DNA from: Spizellomyces punctatus DAOM BR117
Lineage: Eukaryota
NCBI GenBank assembly: GCA_000182565.2
Contig: KQ257453.1
DNA: 64,000 nucleotides
Strand: one strand, 5' to 3'
In this document: positions 35,350-51,470 of the stretch, in pieces
Layout: each line of letters begins with the position of its first letter
How positions within the stretch are numbered: position 1 is the stretch's first letter
Program-made: the position numbers and the translations under genes
Notes under the pieces: generated by a model
What the model was told of the DNA's origin: nothing
What the model saw: the letters and a program-made list of their open reading frames with translations, nothing else
Databases searched by the model: none

Positions 35350-37977
35350 ATGAATTCCGAAGACACTAGCTTTCTTGATATCTTAGCAGCCGTCGCCGAT
35401 CACGAACAACCTCTTGCGGTGAACACCGCGTCTGCGGAAATGGACAAGGATTCCGACACTGTACCTACTCCCGCGGACGCTGAACCAACCGATGAGGATC
35501 TGCTCTCGCTATTTCCAGCCCATCCGCCAGAACTGCCTGTGGAAGAGCAGATCGCCGCTGAAGAAGAAGAAGACGACGAATTGGCCGCAATTTTTGCCGA
35601 TCCACCACATATGACGTCCACAGCACCTAAAATAGATGTTTCCGCTCCAATACCTTCCCATAGTCCTATATCTCCCGCCATAATACCATCCGCAACTCTC
35701 TCTTCAGCAACGGCCCAGGCGCCGACGTCGATGATTGCGTCCTCTTCGATACCTTCTCAAACAACGATTCAATCTCCAGCGCATCATATACAACCTAGGG
35801 GAAGCCTTCCCGGTACGCCAATGACTTCACGATCGTCTACTCAAGCACCAACTGCGTATACTTCACCCATGTCCACTCTTGCTCCGGGGATGCCGGCGCC
35901 GTCGATAGCGAGCCCCGTCACTCTGCCAAAAACACCTGCATACCGACCATCCCCCCTCTCTGGAGCACGACCCTCACCCGCCCCCTCAACCCCCACCACT
36001 GCCCCCGTGTCACTTGGTCCTCAGCAGCTCCTACAAAATCTTTTGAAGCAGGTACCTGCTGAGAGACATCCCGAATTTCTCGAGCTGTATAGACAACTAC
36101 AGGTAAGCAGTAGCGACATCCTCTCCAACTACATCAAGGCGTGAACAGCGATGGGCATCGATTTCTGCATATGTTTTCTAACTTTTATGTATCGCGGTCT
36201 TGCAGAGTAAAATGCTCAACAATGACCAATTTCTTGATCGAGCAAAAGGCATGCTGAACGTTGCTGCAGCAAGGCAGCCCAGCAGCCCCAGCCCATATAC
36301 CAAAGGACCATTATCGGTAGGATAAGATGATTGGAGGGATGCAAGTTCATCACACTGATCTTATGTTAAATACTTGTCTGATTTAGGCACAGACATTTGG
36401 GGCACCAGGTGGTGTAGGCCCAGTTCTGGATGAGATGAGGAAACGGCAGGCGGAGGCAGCTCAATACGCGTCCCCACTCGGGTATGGACTAGCTAACGAA
36501 TCTCTTGTATCCACATATAACGTACTGAATTGAACTTGAAAATAGCGCGAAACGGATGAGGCCTGACAATTTTTCAACACCAGGGCGCGTGTCAATGCAA
36601 TTGAATATGGCTTCACCATTATCCAATGCTGCTGGAGTTCCAGTCGGACTCTCTCCTGCTATGCAATGTGAGTTTCCTAGAAACGTCTGCGACGAGGCCT
36701 TGTTATTTTGCGTTGTTTTGGTGAGTTTAGCGAATAGATGGGCTGATATGTTCCTCAGATCGTCCAGCAGCTTTTGGAACTCCTCGTCAGCCGGGTCCGG
36801 CGATGTCCGTTAGATCTGCAGATGAAATTGACCCAACTAAACTGGATGTTCAGAGTATGATGGACGCGACGAGTTACACCGGTGTCAATATCCGGGTACG
36901 TTGCAGTCGACCATTTGTCGCAGCGTTTCGAAGTTGAATTGCGCTAATACGGGACATCGCTTTTTTTAGGAGGAAGAGGACAATATCATGAGTACGGTCA
37001 TGATGCCTTCAGCTGGCCAGTACCAAGTTCCTGGATTAAGTCGAGTGAGGGATCAGTCTTTCCTCAACATACCCGCGCTGCGCAAGAAAGTGGAAGCAAT
37101 AGGTGAGTGATTCACGCTATTCAGATCCTTTTGCCTTCCAAGAAACGCTAAGTCCTCCGCAATAGCAAAGGATTGCAATGTTTCGCACGTGGAAGCGGAT
37201 CTTCTCTCTTACATCGCACTAGCAACTCAGGAACGAATGCGAGATCTAATGGAACGGATGGTGGTTGCAGCAAAGCACCGTACAGGCTTGATGCACGAAT
37301 ACTTTTTGAAACAGGAGAGAGAACGGATTGCCAAAGGCCAGGAAGGATTGGAGTTGCAAGTGGTGAAGCGAGATGATGTTCGCAGAAAGCTGGCAGTGAT
37401 AGAACGAAGGGAACGTGAGCAGGAGAAAAAGTTGAAGGCGTTGAGGGCCGCGACCGAGGAAGGCAACGTTAATCCAGAAGTGGATGGTGCGGATAGCGCC
37501 CCGGCGGGAGGGAAAGTCGGCACTGTGGGGACCGCTGGTGCATCCAAAGACAAAGAAGAGGGAGTGAAAAAGAAGAAAAAAAGTGTCAAGGAAAAGGATA
37601 TGCCTGAAGAAATCAAGATGAAGCTGGCCAATCAAGCTGTAATGGCTGCGATAGGTGGTACACCGTTGAAGAGCTGGATGATTGCGGGTACAGGCGGAGG
37701 GAATGCAAGTAATGGTGCAGGGGGAACGTCACTGAAGGTAGCCTCGTCTTCGAAGAAGCGAAAGTATGACGGGGATGGCACGAATCGATCTGGAGGATTG
37801 GTTGGTACAATCTCGTCGTCTACCCGGCTTCCTGGTACCGCAGGCGGTAGGCGCGGAACGGCGGCGGAGCAGGCGATGCGACGAGTGACCTTGCGAGATG
37901 CGCTGTTCTGTCTGGAGGCAGATCATGCCATGACAAAAAGCCCGCTTGTGTATAAATGGTGGGCAAATGTAACTTGA
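35350..37977 (+). CDS. TAF4: TFIID subunit TAF4, multi-exon
   Basis: DATSYTGVNIREEE, ALATQERMRDLME...AAKHR (histone fold), ANQAVMAAIGG, RVTLRDALFCLE...SPLVYK. Confidence 0.85.
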
Positions 37978-38149
37978 CTGGCAGAACAAAATGTGCATAA
38001 ATACCCTTGGAAGCATCAGAGCTGCTACCGTCGCCTTTCACATGTACGGCATTTTGCCTTTTCAACAGCAAGTGCCCACATTCAACCCAAATGGAAATGG
38101 TGCAAACGATGCTATCCTTATTTTAAAATGAAGACTACACACACGATCC

Positions 38150-40397
<2,248 letters not shown>

Positions 40398-40608
40398 AGC
40401 GCATGTGTTACTGATGCAAAGGCCCAAATCTAAAAGTCGATCTCTGAGCATGCAACAATTATCTTGCGATGAACTGCTGGCATTGTCAATGCTTAGTAAC
40501 TAATTGAACACCACGTGATATTGCCGGGCTTTGCGCAGATCTCGTCGTCGTTTTTTCTCTCCATTTCCATTCATCTGTGTAGAACAATCGTCGCTGCCGT
40601 GAGCTGAA

Positions 40609-41591
40609 ATGTCGGGATATTATCACCAAGAGATGGACCCGTCCGCCTACTACGGAACTGGTGGCGCGCAATACCAAGCAGACTCTTACATGGCATCGCC
40701 TTACGTTGCATCAGCAGCTCCAACGACATATACTGGTTCAGCAACCTATTCCGCCCCCGAATATTATTCTGCTCCCTATTACGCCAATCCCGTACCTCCG
40801 GTTTCAAGCAATGCGGCTGCATATCCTGTAGGCTACCCAACGAACTCATCGACTGGGGGTGTACCCTATCCAACAGGCTACACGATCGAATCCGAAACCG
40901 GCGCTGTCCCATATCCGGCTGGATACACACCGAGTGCTGCAACGGCAAATATTGTGCGTGTCAACACAGATGAAAACAAGAAAGCTGCTGCCCTGGCAGC
41001 GCTACCGGTCATGGCACCGCATCCCGGAAAGCATGTGGACAAGAGCGCGGAGAAGGGCAAAAAGAAGAAGACGGTGTTGCGGGCCGCAGGTGGAGAAGCG
41101 TGGGAAGATGAAACTCTTCTGGAATGGGACCAGAGTGTGTAGCATGTGCCGCTCGTTGACTGTTTTGTAAACGGATACTCACCTCCTTGGTTATATTGTA
41201 GACGATTTCCGCATCTTTTGTGGTGACCTCGGCAACGAAGTAACCGATGATCTCCTCTTCAAAGCCTTTTCAAAATACCCCTCTGTACTCAAAGCCCGAG
41301 TTGTTCGCGATAAACGAACGAACAAAAGCAAAGGGTATGGGTTTGTCAGTTTCAAAGATGCTGGTGATTTTGTAAAAGCAATGAAGGAAATGAATGGTGG
41401 GTTTAAAATTTATTACATCTTTCCGTTGGTATTTGTGAAACTGACATATGGATCAATGGCCAATAGGAAAATACGTTGGAAACCGGCCTATCAAGTTGCG
41501 AAAGTCGACATGGAAGGAGCGAACTGTAGATATCAAGACTCTCAAAAAGATGCAGCAAACATCAATTTTCAAACCTGTCATCAAGAAATAA
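40609..41591 (+). CDS. RBM42: RBM42-like RRM protein (tri-snRNP associated), 3 exons
   Basis: RAAGGEAWEDETLLEW, DFRIFCGDLGNEVTDD, KSKGYGFVSF, GKYVGNRPIKLRKSTW. Confidence 0.92.
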
Positions 41592-42142
41592 TTTCACCTG
41601 ATCGTGCAAAAAGTTAAGATATTAGATACTGTTCTGTAATTGATTTAGATTTTGGGGTGCTGGTTGTGCGGTCGATAGTCTCGTTACCGCTTTGGAAACC
41701 TGCCTAGCTTGACTGTGTACATATAATGTGATGCTTTTTATGATTATTTTTTCGTTATTCAATTTCACTGTACATGTATGCGCTCGATTATCAGTTGTAC
41801 CCAGTAGGACGCTGGTGAAATGGGGCGTCATCCATCAAGAGACCGAAAACGAGTATACTGGTGATGAACAGAGCATCATCATTAAGGACCTGTCCTTTGA
41901 TATCTGCTTCTGCCTAATGCTACATAGTTCATACATACTAACTAGAACAACATACACTGCGGTCCATTTTGAATCCCATACAGTCTTTCTGTTTCTCCCA
42001 TCTTCCTACTTCATCGCAGAGTGGGCACTGGCTCCGCAAATTGCGCAGAGATATGCGGACATATAAAGGCTGGGCTTGGTCCCGCAGCAGATGATGCGGG
42101 TAGGTTGCTTGGCGGTTGCGGCTGCCGTTGCTGTGTGCAAGA

Positions 42143-43187
42143 TCAATATGCAAGCGGTTGTTGTGGACCTGGAGGCTCTCCAGGAGCCGGATTCACCGCC
42201 GGTTGTGCAGGTGCGGGCACAGTGCGATGAGGAGTCAAGGCAATCGACAACAAGGCCCACAAAACACCTAATTGTCGCTAGAATGTTAGGCAAGTCCCTC
42301 GCAGATATGAAAAAAACAAGGGCTTACAGAGTAATATTAGTGTTGCAAGCACCCCAGAGCCATACCAAAGGAGAGTCGACTACGAAGTTGGAACTCCAGT
42401 TATCAACCGGCAACAAGGATTGGGAACTTGAAGGTCCATAGCTCACCTTGTGCTTCCTGAACCAAGTATCACTTTCCACCCGCCTTGCTCTTCTCTTGAA
42501 CAATGAGCTGGCCGTTTCCAGTTTAGCTACAAAGCATACATATATAAGTATGTTGCATCTCCAGTCAGAAACGACCGAACCCGCTCGAGACACTTGCCTG
42601 ATCTCTTCTGTATATCTTCCAACCTTTCACCTCGCTCAATCAATTTCCCTACCACCTCATGAGCTCTGTCCGTTGCTGCATTCACTTCAACAATAACTTG
42701 CGATGCAGATGTTGATCCCCTGTAGTCGCCCGCGATTGCTCCGTAATTTCTGGCAGTAGATGATGTAGTCAATCCGTCTTGCCGTTTGGCTCGTAGCGCC
42801 GACGGAATGTCCGCGTTTGGGTCAGGAGTGAGGGTCGACGATGAGGAGGCTAGGAAGGAGCGTGGAGGTAGAGCTGGTTTGATGCTGTTCTGATATTCTT
42901 GATCTTGGCGCAGTTGTCTGGCTTTCGTTGCTGCTGTTGGGAGGACAACTGTGCGCTTGGCCGATGCCGTCTCTGCTGATTCCAAGTCTGCGAGGAGAGG
43001 TGACTGGGGTTTTTAAAGATTGAGCCAACTCTGTGGAAAAAGAGTTTGTTGCATGAACGCTCACCCTCTCGTTTTGGTCATCGCTTTCGTCTCGTCCTGC
43101 TGCAACCTTATCTACTAGTGTTCTGATGCCGTCTTTGGCTGCGGCGGCCATCTTGAGAATGCGCGGTGTGCGTCCTTTTCTATCCAT
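42143..43187 (-). CDS. Synaptobrevin/VAMP-family R-SNARE with long N-terminus, multi-exon
   Basis: VVGKLIERGERLEDIQKR...LETASSLFKRRARRV...WFRKHK followed by predicted TM exons STLLWYGSGVLATLILLCVLWALLSIAL. Confidence 0.75.
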
Positions 43188-43915
43188 TACGGTAGAGATG
43201 CAAATTTCTGGATATTCGTGCTGTATGTTTATGTTCTTGGCAGCTAAACCGACAAAGCTGGAATATCGATGATGGCATTTTCCATCATGCTCATGATTAG
43301 GTTAGCAGAGTCGGGGGAAAAAATAGTAACATTCGAGAATATCCAGACGTCTGGACGAACAACCGTCAAAAGATTGATAAAAAAAAAGATGAACTTAAAC
43401 ACCGGAAGCATCGCACAGCAGTAGATTTCAACTCCGCTGACACGTAAGCGATGGGTTTACATGCGCTCGTTCTTGGCCTTTGCAAAATCCAGGCTTTTCA
43501 ATTATGTACGGATTAAAGAACAGATTCTTCGAACGTCAAAGTCAATTTTATGTTTCCAGCTGTCCCAGGCTCCCAGCTATAGACCGTCGATAAATAAAAC
43601 ATACCAACAAACCCTTTTCGGAAATGACCAATCTAACAGCCCCTCCGTTTCCTGCACAGCGACAGTCCGTAGTTTCTCCATGAAAAAGCTTCTCGTTGCC
43701 GCCCCGCCGTTGGGTCCTGCAGGACGCCAACGTAAGACCGCACCGCCGTGAACCAAACGCCGCGTTCCTCGTTCTGTATATTAAACGCTGGAGTTCGACA
43801 TTTGAGCTTGCCGTGTTGTTGTTTCGCTCCCTTTCCTTCTTGACTCTGGGCTAGTGATGCTTAAAGTTAACTTGTACGTATGAAAGTTTTTTACTTTCGC
43901 GGAGGCATCAGCAAT

Positions 43916-45418
43916 ATGGCAATCGTTGAGCTTTGTGGCCTTCTTGTGGCGACAGGACTCACTTTTGTGATCTCTGACTACCTTTTCAACCACAAGAACG
44001 CGACAGTTCCTTTGCGTCAGGACACATCCCTATCTTGGGACACCTTGAAAATGTACGGAAATATGTAGAGGCAGGCAAGGCCCATCAGTTCTTCATCGAT
44101 CTAAACAAGAAATATGGTCCGATCGTGCGTTTCCGATTTCTCTCTGAACTCGATCGTAATTTCGGATCCCATTGCGGCCAAAGAAGTACTTTCCGACTCC
44201 ACCAGCTTTCCTAGAGGAAACAAGGGACATGTAGTCGCGGACGGCATGGTTTACAATGGACTTTTTATTATGCCCACGTATGAGGTGTGGAAAATGCACC
44301 AAAAAGCTGTTGCAGCCGGGATTTGGCCTGACGCATTTGCGACATGCTGTAACAGCAGCGTCCGTAATGGGAGACGAACTGTTGCAATTATGGGATACAG
44401 TTTATGATAATGGGCAAAAGGCAAGGGGAGAGTCCGAGAGCCATCATCAATGCTCCTTTGTACATGTCCTGGGAAACGCTGGACGTGCTCGGTCAAGCTT
44501 CCTCGTACAAGTTTGAGCACGTTCGATCATTAAAGTCGAATGATGCTGACGCCAAAGCGTTATTCAGAGAGTACGAAGTTATCAACCATGGGTTGACCCG
44601 GCGACCTCTCCTGCCGCGTATTCTGTGGAATCTGGCCAAAGTGGGTCCCAATGACATCAAATCTGGTGTTAATGCCATTGTAGATGCTAGAAAAAAGAGA
44701 TCCGACGCATTTCACGCTAGTGACACCGATGCGGATTTTCTTAATCGTCTACTGTCTTCGGGGAAATTCAGCGATCAGGACATTCTGGGCGAGCTCGTTG
44801 CTTTTTTTCATTGCTGAATTTGAAACGGTAGCTATTGCAAAAAGATTGTCAGAATATATGCGGCAACGCTAAAACTGTCCACATTCTCTGGCACACATCC
44901 AATACGCTGACAAAGGCCGTGATGTGCCTGGCACAGCACCCGGATGCAATGAAGATGCTACAGGAGGAGGTCGATTCTGTCCTCGGTAGCTCCTTGGATG
45001 TGCATTCTGACGATATGTCTCGTCTCATTGTGGTGGACGCTATTGTCAAGGAAACGCTCCGCCTTTACCTTACCATCCCCGTCCTTTGGCGCTCTTGTGT
45101 CAAGGAGAGCCCCCTTGTTTCTCACAAGGCTGCCCCAGAAACAATCGTCTATATCAACATCAATTCCGACCATCACGACCCAAAGGTTTACCCAGATCCT
45201 CAGTCTTTCCAGCCCAGCCGCTGGCTCAAGGCAGATCCTGCTCCGCCAGGTTCTTTACACCCTTTGGGCTGGGCGTACACAACTGGATCGAACAAAAGAT
45301 GGCCTTGATCGAAACCAAGGCGCTGTTAGCCAAGATGCAAGCTAGATATACGTGGAAGATTGTTCCTGGGCAAGCATTGCGCATTGTGCATTCCGTTACA
45401 GTAGCAAGCGATCTGTAA
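43916..45418 (+). pseudogene. Cytochrome P450 pseudogene
   Basis: P450 motifs scattered over three frames (KYGPIVR, WKMH/KLLQPGF, ETLRL, FQPSRW, PFGLGVHNWIEQ with the heme Cys replaced by Trp); in-frame stop at 44066. Confidence 0.85.
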
Positions 45419-45746
45419 TACATAATCAATATCGTAAGCACTGCGCCGCCCAGCCCCTGACATAGCCTTGGCATCGCGTGGCACAGCAACCCTTTGAATG
45501 CCACCCAATGGAGCACGTGCGCTACGTAAGTGGCGCATGTGGTGTCCGCCAAGCCCCTTCGCGTCATCAGCGCGCGGGGGCGGGGTGTCCAATTTCAAAC
45601 CCGGTTTGGGGTCTATGAAAAGGAACGGGAAGGCGAGAACGGGGATTTTGGAAACGGAAGGAATTAGAGATTTCGTTTCGAGGATATTATTCTATTCGTT
45701 GCATCTACAGTCTTGAAGAAAGCATCTTGAGAAACCGGCATTTTGA

Positions 45747-47683
45747 ATGGCAAAGACTTCTCAAGGACAGGATGGAGCGAGACGTCAACCTTCGCTCTTT
45801 CTGAACACGTCCCTTAGTTTGAGAAACGATCACGATTCCTACGAGCACGACAATGAACACGAAGCGTCCTATATTTGCGAGAACAGCCCGTTGTTACTCG
45901 ATTACGGGTACAGAAGAGGGTCGGAAGACAACTGCGATTCAGCAAGTCTTCACTCTCGACCTCCGTCGTACGCGACCCTCGGCTCTCCAACAGATGTGGA
46001 GGAGAGCGATGTAGAGATTGAAAGTGAATTTTCGAATGACGTGAAAAAGAGTACATCCAGGTCGTGCTGGTCGCACCTACCTCCAAGAGACACTCTCACG
46101 GTGCTGTTGTCATTGTTTATTACGGAGGCGAGTCGCGGTCTGGTGTTGCCTACCATGTACGTTGTCGAGAATATAGTTAATGCCAAGGCTACAGTGGAAA
46201 CTCATCATGCCTTCCACATTGCAGGTATACTTATGTTACGTTAATGGGAGGAAATCTTTCTACATTGGGTACCATGATTTCGCTATTTTCGGTCGGGCGT
46301 CTTATATGCTCGGTTCCATTTGGAACATGGGCGGATAAACGACGCTCCTCTCGGGAAGTATTTATCTTCGCCGCTGTTTTGGCTGCGGCTTCAAATACTT
46401 TATACGCATTCTCTTGGGCTTTACCCCGTCCTATATATTGGTTGTATTTCTCGAGGTTGGCATGTGGATTCGCCACTGGCACGGTCGCTGTCTGCAGGTC
46501 ATATTTAGCGAGTGCGGTGCCTCCAGCTGAACGAACAAAAGCGATTGCGTGGAGCGGCATGGTGAGTCTCGTGCTGTCAAGTGTCCTCAGAAGGAACTTC
46601 TGCTGAAATAGAATCGTATTTCCCTAGGCACAATATGCCGGATTTTCCTTGACTCCTGGCATTGCAACACTCATCATGTATTTGGGAGGCGCTTACACAG
46701 AGTCCGATACGGCGGACGCATCGTCTGTCGAGAGCGACAACGACAAAACAGGGACGCCGACCTTGTTTGCGTGCATTCTCCCAACTGGAGCTTTAGTTCT
46801 CGTGAACATTCTCCTCATCCCAGTCCTTCTCTCGGCGATGCCGAAGCGGGATCCTGTTGCACCGGTGCCTCCGACTCTCCCACAACCAAACGGCACCGCC
46901 GCTGTATCCTCTCATGCAGAAGCGAAGCTCTTAAAGTGGGGCTTTGTCCTGTTCTTCACCCTGAATCTTGTCCTACGTGGTGTCATTGGTGTCACGGAAA
47001 CGATTGCTCCGGAATTGTATCAGCATCATCGCGTGGACGATGAGGCTGCCCTCGAACATTCCGGTCAATTCTTTTTTATGCTGGGAATAATTGGGCTTGT
47101 TGTCTTTTTCCTCGTTGATCCCATTCAGCGCCGACTGATCGCCGGACCTCATCTTTTGAATCTGGGAATTGCGGCGGTTATTGCTGGAACGCTCCTCAAT
47201 GTGGACCCGGAACCGGAGCGTACCAAAGCCAATTGGTTGTCATTTGTGGGTGGAATGACTTTGATATGGTCCATCGGGTCTCCTGTTTGTCAAACCTTGA
47301 CTGTTTCCATGTACTCTAAAATGCTGGGTAAGAGGCCGCAAGGGTCCCTCATTGGGTGGATCACCACAGCGGGAAGTATCGGGCGAATCTTGTTCCCCTT
47401 TTTGATTGGCCTAAAAGACTGTGCTGCATTTTGGGTCAATTGGATGGACGTAGTCTTGTGTTTTGGCTGTGCGGTGGGTGTCCTTGTATTTGAAAGGTGT
47501 GTGGGCAAAACGCGAAGGATGCTCGAAGGGAATGAAGAGGTGGGGCCTGATGATGAAACACCGCATCATTCGGACGACGAGTTGGATGGTGAGACGGACA
47601 GTGAAGAAGTGCCGATTGACTGCGGAGGGAATGAACGGCTGTCTGGAGGACCGGCGGAGGTCACAAACGCACAGAAAAGATGA
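45747..47683 (+). CDS. MFS transporter, MFSD8/CLN7-like, probably vacuolar, multi-exon
   Basis: ISLFSVGRL...FGTWADKRR, SRLACGFATG...RSYLA, ERTKA, SMYSKMLG, AGSIGRILFP; N-terminal dileucine ENSPLL. Confidence 0.8.
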
Positions 47684-47824
47684 GATTCCCTGTTGTATGG
47701 ATTTGGGTGATTGGCATGTTTGTAAATAGCCTTGTGTAAATATATATCACTTTGAGAACAAAACATTTCGTCCAAATGCTTTGAAGCGTAACAATGTATT
47801 AAAATGAACACTATTGTTTGATGC

Positions 47825-49160
47825 CTACGCACGACTCGTTCTGTTCCATTCCACTGCATCATCAAATCGTACACCTGTGCCCCCAAAAATGTCCAGTGCG
47901 CTGAAAGAAGGGTCCTGGTCAGCCAACCGGACACTTGCCATTTTGCCATAACGAATCCCACCTTCCATAGGTCAAATCTACTTTTCCGTTCGACAGCCTT
48001 TGCACCAGCGCCAAATCGTTGATATCTACAGGACCGTTTCCTTCATCAAAAATCTGACACTTTCCAATCACGAATTTACAGCGACACTCACCCTTCCCTC
48101 CCCCCGCGTAGGTACAAGGTATGGTACACCATTCGCCCAGACCTATAACGTAAGACTACCTTGTTCACAACGCTTTGACGCAAAGCCAAGTTGAAAGACG
48201 GTACTTACGTCGAACAAGTTCCTCATCAATGCCTTGACATAGCCCCTCTACGTCTGCAGCGTGAACCAGGAACTCGCTGAGAGTGGATGAGTAAGGAGCT
48301 GGATTCATCGGTCGAGAAAAGCCTATCATGGTTACCTGCAGTATTCGGTTATCATGTCCAACGTTTCTGATGCCCATCCCAATGAGTATCAATATTACAC
48401 GCTCAACACTTCAGGTAATTGCTCACCTTTATTGACTTCTGTATCCGTGGGTGTTTGCCATTTGTCCATGGCTACTATCCACTTGTCGCCTCGTCTCTTG
48501 CAGCTTTAACATGATCTTTAGCGATTACAAAAGGATTACGTTCCTTGCAAAAATCCAAAACTTACCTCAGATCTACTACTAAAGACTTTTTACCGATTTT
48601 CTCGGCAAGTGCACGGAGACGGTCTATGCTGAACTTTGCATTCGGGAATAGCCAACTTGTTACAATCACCTGTAAGCAAAATGAAAAAGCATATATCAAT
48701 CAATCATTCTGTGTTCTAGGAAAAAATAGCGCCATTCTCCATTCAAAAATCAAACGCAAATATATCAAGAATCCTCACCCCAAAACGCATACTTTATCTG
48801 CACCCGCATCCAGCCATTCCTGGGCGTTATCAATATTGATACCTCCACCAATTTGCAAGCCTTTGGGCCACGCTGTGAGAGCGGACTTTGCTGCCTCGTC
48901 ATTCTTTGGCCCCAGTTTAATCACATGTGCGCCGTTGAGACCGTTTTGGCGGTAGAGAGCTGCATAATATGACGGTGGATGGCTAAGATATGCAAGCAGG
49001 TCAACGAGGAGCACCATGCGACATGACATTTGCCTTACACACTTTACCTCGCGACAAAGTTCGTCTTGAGAACGGAGGGTGCAGAATCGCTCAAAGATGC
49101 CCCTACAATCTGTTTCACTTGACCTTCATGGAGGTCAATGCAAGGGCGAAAAACCGTCAT
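47825..49160 (-). CDS. HIS6: Phosphoribosylformimino-AICAR-P isomerase (HisA/His6), multi-exon
   Basis: [66 protein letters not shown]. Confidence 0.96.
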
Positions 49161-49232
49161 GCTCGCCAACGTTTTTCCAACAGCGGAGAGAGTGAAAGCC
49201 GATCGAAATGAAGCGTCAATTCCAGATCTTTT

Positions 49233-49246
49233 GTTGTCATGGCAAC
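49233..49246. promoter_or_regulatory. RFX X-box
   Basis: GTTGTCATGGCAAC in the HIS6/DnaJ divergent promoter. Confidence 0.65.
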
Positions 49247-49559
49247 TGCGGGTCAATTCGAAGCGCCATCACCTTTCGCTGTACGTTTGTGTGGCGAGAT
49301 CCTTCAAGCATTTCCATCCCTGCTGGAGAAGCAGCACCCGAGGGTTTTAACGAGACTGCGACGAGAGTGTATTGTAATTTCCTTGATTTTCGTGTACCCA
49401 CGCTTGGTTCTTTTTGTTTTGAAGGGCATTTCAAAAGCGTTTGTCTTTAGGAGGTACGAGTTGAACTCATTGTGAACTGTGGTCTACTGTTTGTCCTCAC
49501 GCAACCTCGTTTTAGTCACTCTCCGCCCGTACCCTTTAACGACTCCCGAGTCCCACGTT

Positions 49560-51324
49560 ATGACCACCCCAGAGACAGCACAACCACAACCTCCCCTCCT
49601 TCAATCCCGCCGTCACCGTCCCGCTGCAACAGCACCTTGTCCCTCATGTGGTGTCACTCTTGAATTTTCCCTACCGTCATCAACTTCCCCTCGCCCTTCT
49701 CCCACTAGCTCTCCGACCTCTGACGGGTATGCATGGGACCATTATCGTGTGCAGTGTTTCTCGTGTTTGGAAGTGGGTAGAATCCCGCTACGTGACGCTA
49801 AAAGGAAGGATGAGCCACGGCTTAATGGAGTAGGAGGATCAAATAGGGAGCAGAAAGAGGAGAAGCCGAAGGAGAAGGAAAGGGAAAGGGCTCAAGAACA
49901 GCAGCGACGAAAGGTGCCAGCCAAATTTGGGGGGAAGAAAGGCTCAGGTATGTTATAACGAACGGTTTGGGAACTGCAGCGATGGCGTATTCATTTCTAT
50001 GCCTGTTAGATGAACATCCCATCGAAATGGAATACTATGACTTATTGGGTGTGCAAGCGAGTGCGACGGCGGGGGAAATCAAAAAAGCGTATTACATGAA
50101 GGCGATGAAATGCCATCCGGACAAAAATCCGGACGATCCTGATGCTGAGGAGAAGTTCAAATTGATCTCTGAAGCATACCAAGGTGAGTGAATGCCATTG
50201 GTGTGGAGCTCTGTAGAGACTGCGGTGTTAATAGTTTATCCTTTTCAGTTCTTTCCGATCCCCAACGCCGTTCATTCTACAACCAGCATGGCAAATCCGC
50301 TTCCGGTAGTGATACTCCATTTGTAGATCCTGAGGAATTCTTCAAGCAGCAGTTTGGTGGTGACAAATTTGTGGACATTATCGGGGAGATCTCTATTGCA
50401 AAAGACTTTGCGGAAGCCATGTCTGGCCTTGGCGATGGAGGAGGTGACGGGAAAAACAATAAGGACCTGACCGTCGAAGAGAGGGTCGAGATCCGAAATA
50501 GACGAGTCGACAAGCTGGTTACCAGCTTGAAGAACAAATTGGCGCTCTACGTCGATGCGTTTCCAATTGAAGTGTCCGCTGATGCAGGGGCCGCAGATGC
50601 AACCGGAGCCACAGCACCCCCGTCGCCAGACCGTGAGCGCTTATCTGCGGAAGCGATGGAGGCTTTCCGCACCATGACAGCGTTGGAAGCTGAAACACTA
50701 AAAACCGAATCATATGGTGTGGAGCTCTTACATGCTGTTGGATACACATACCAGCTAAAGGCATCACAATGGCTGGCGAAGATTGATGCGGAAGAGGGAC
50801 CTGTCTTCAAGCGGGCATGGGGATTCGGGAGTCGGATGGCTGGCATAATGAGAGAAAAGGCGCATATCATCGGGGAAACTGTCGGAACATTCAAAACGGC
50901 TTTGGATCTGCAATCGAGCTTTGCCAAGCTTCAAGAAATGGAGAAGAAAAAGGATGAAAAGAAGAATGGAACAGGCGCGGAGGGACAAGGCGCTACTGCC
51001 GACAAGCCACCCAATCCTTCATCTGATGCAACAAAAGACGATGTGGAGATGACTGCCGAGGAGCGAGAATTGCGCACCAAGTTGGAATACGAGGCGGCTA
51101 GCAAAGGATTAGAGGCTCTATGGCGCGGTAGTAAATTGGAGGTGGAGGCTGTGCTGAGGGAGGTCTGTGATAAGGTTTTGGGAGAGGAGACGGAGACGAC
51201 AAAGGAAGTGAGACGCAGAAGGGCCGAAGCGCTAAGGGCATTGGGACAGGTATATGAGTCCGTTAAGGCGGATCAACCTGGGGCGAGCGGAGCTACTGGG
51301 GCGTCATCGGAGGCATCACGATGA
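49560..51324 (+). CDS. J-domain protein with DnaJ-X domain (Djp1/Caj1-like) and N-terminal CxxC...CxxC, 3 exons
   Basis: [70 protein letters not shown]. Confidence 0.9.
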
Positions 51325-51470
51325 AGTATTTGATAATATCGGGGCTTATATCGACGGGTCTTGCAACACACATTGTATCTATGAGTAGTAGTCTTATATA
51401 CAGAATAAGTATAATGCTCTGCAGCCAATGGTCCTCTCGTATTTCTGGATATGTAAGAGCGAAAGGAAGT

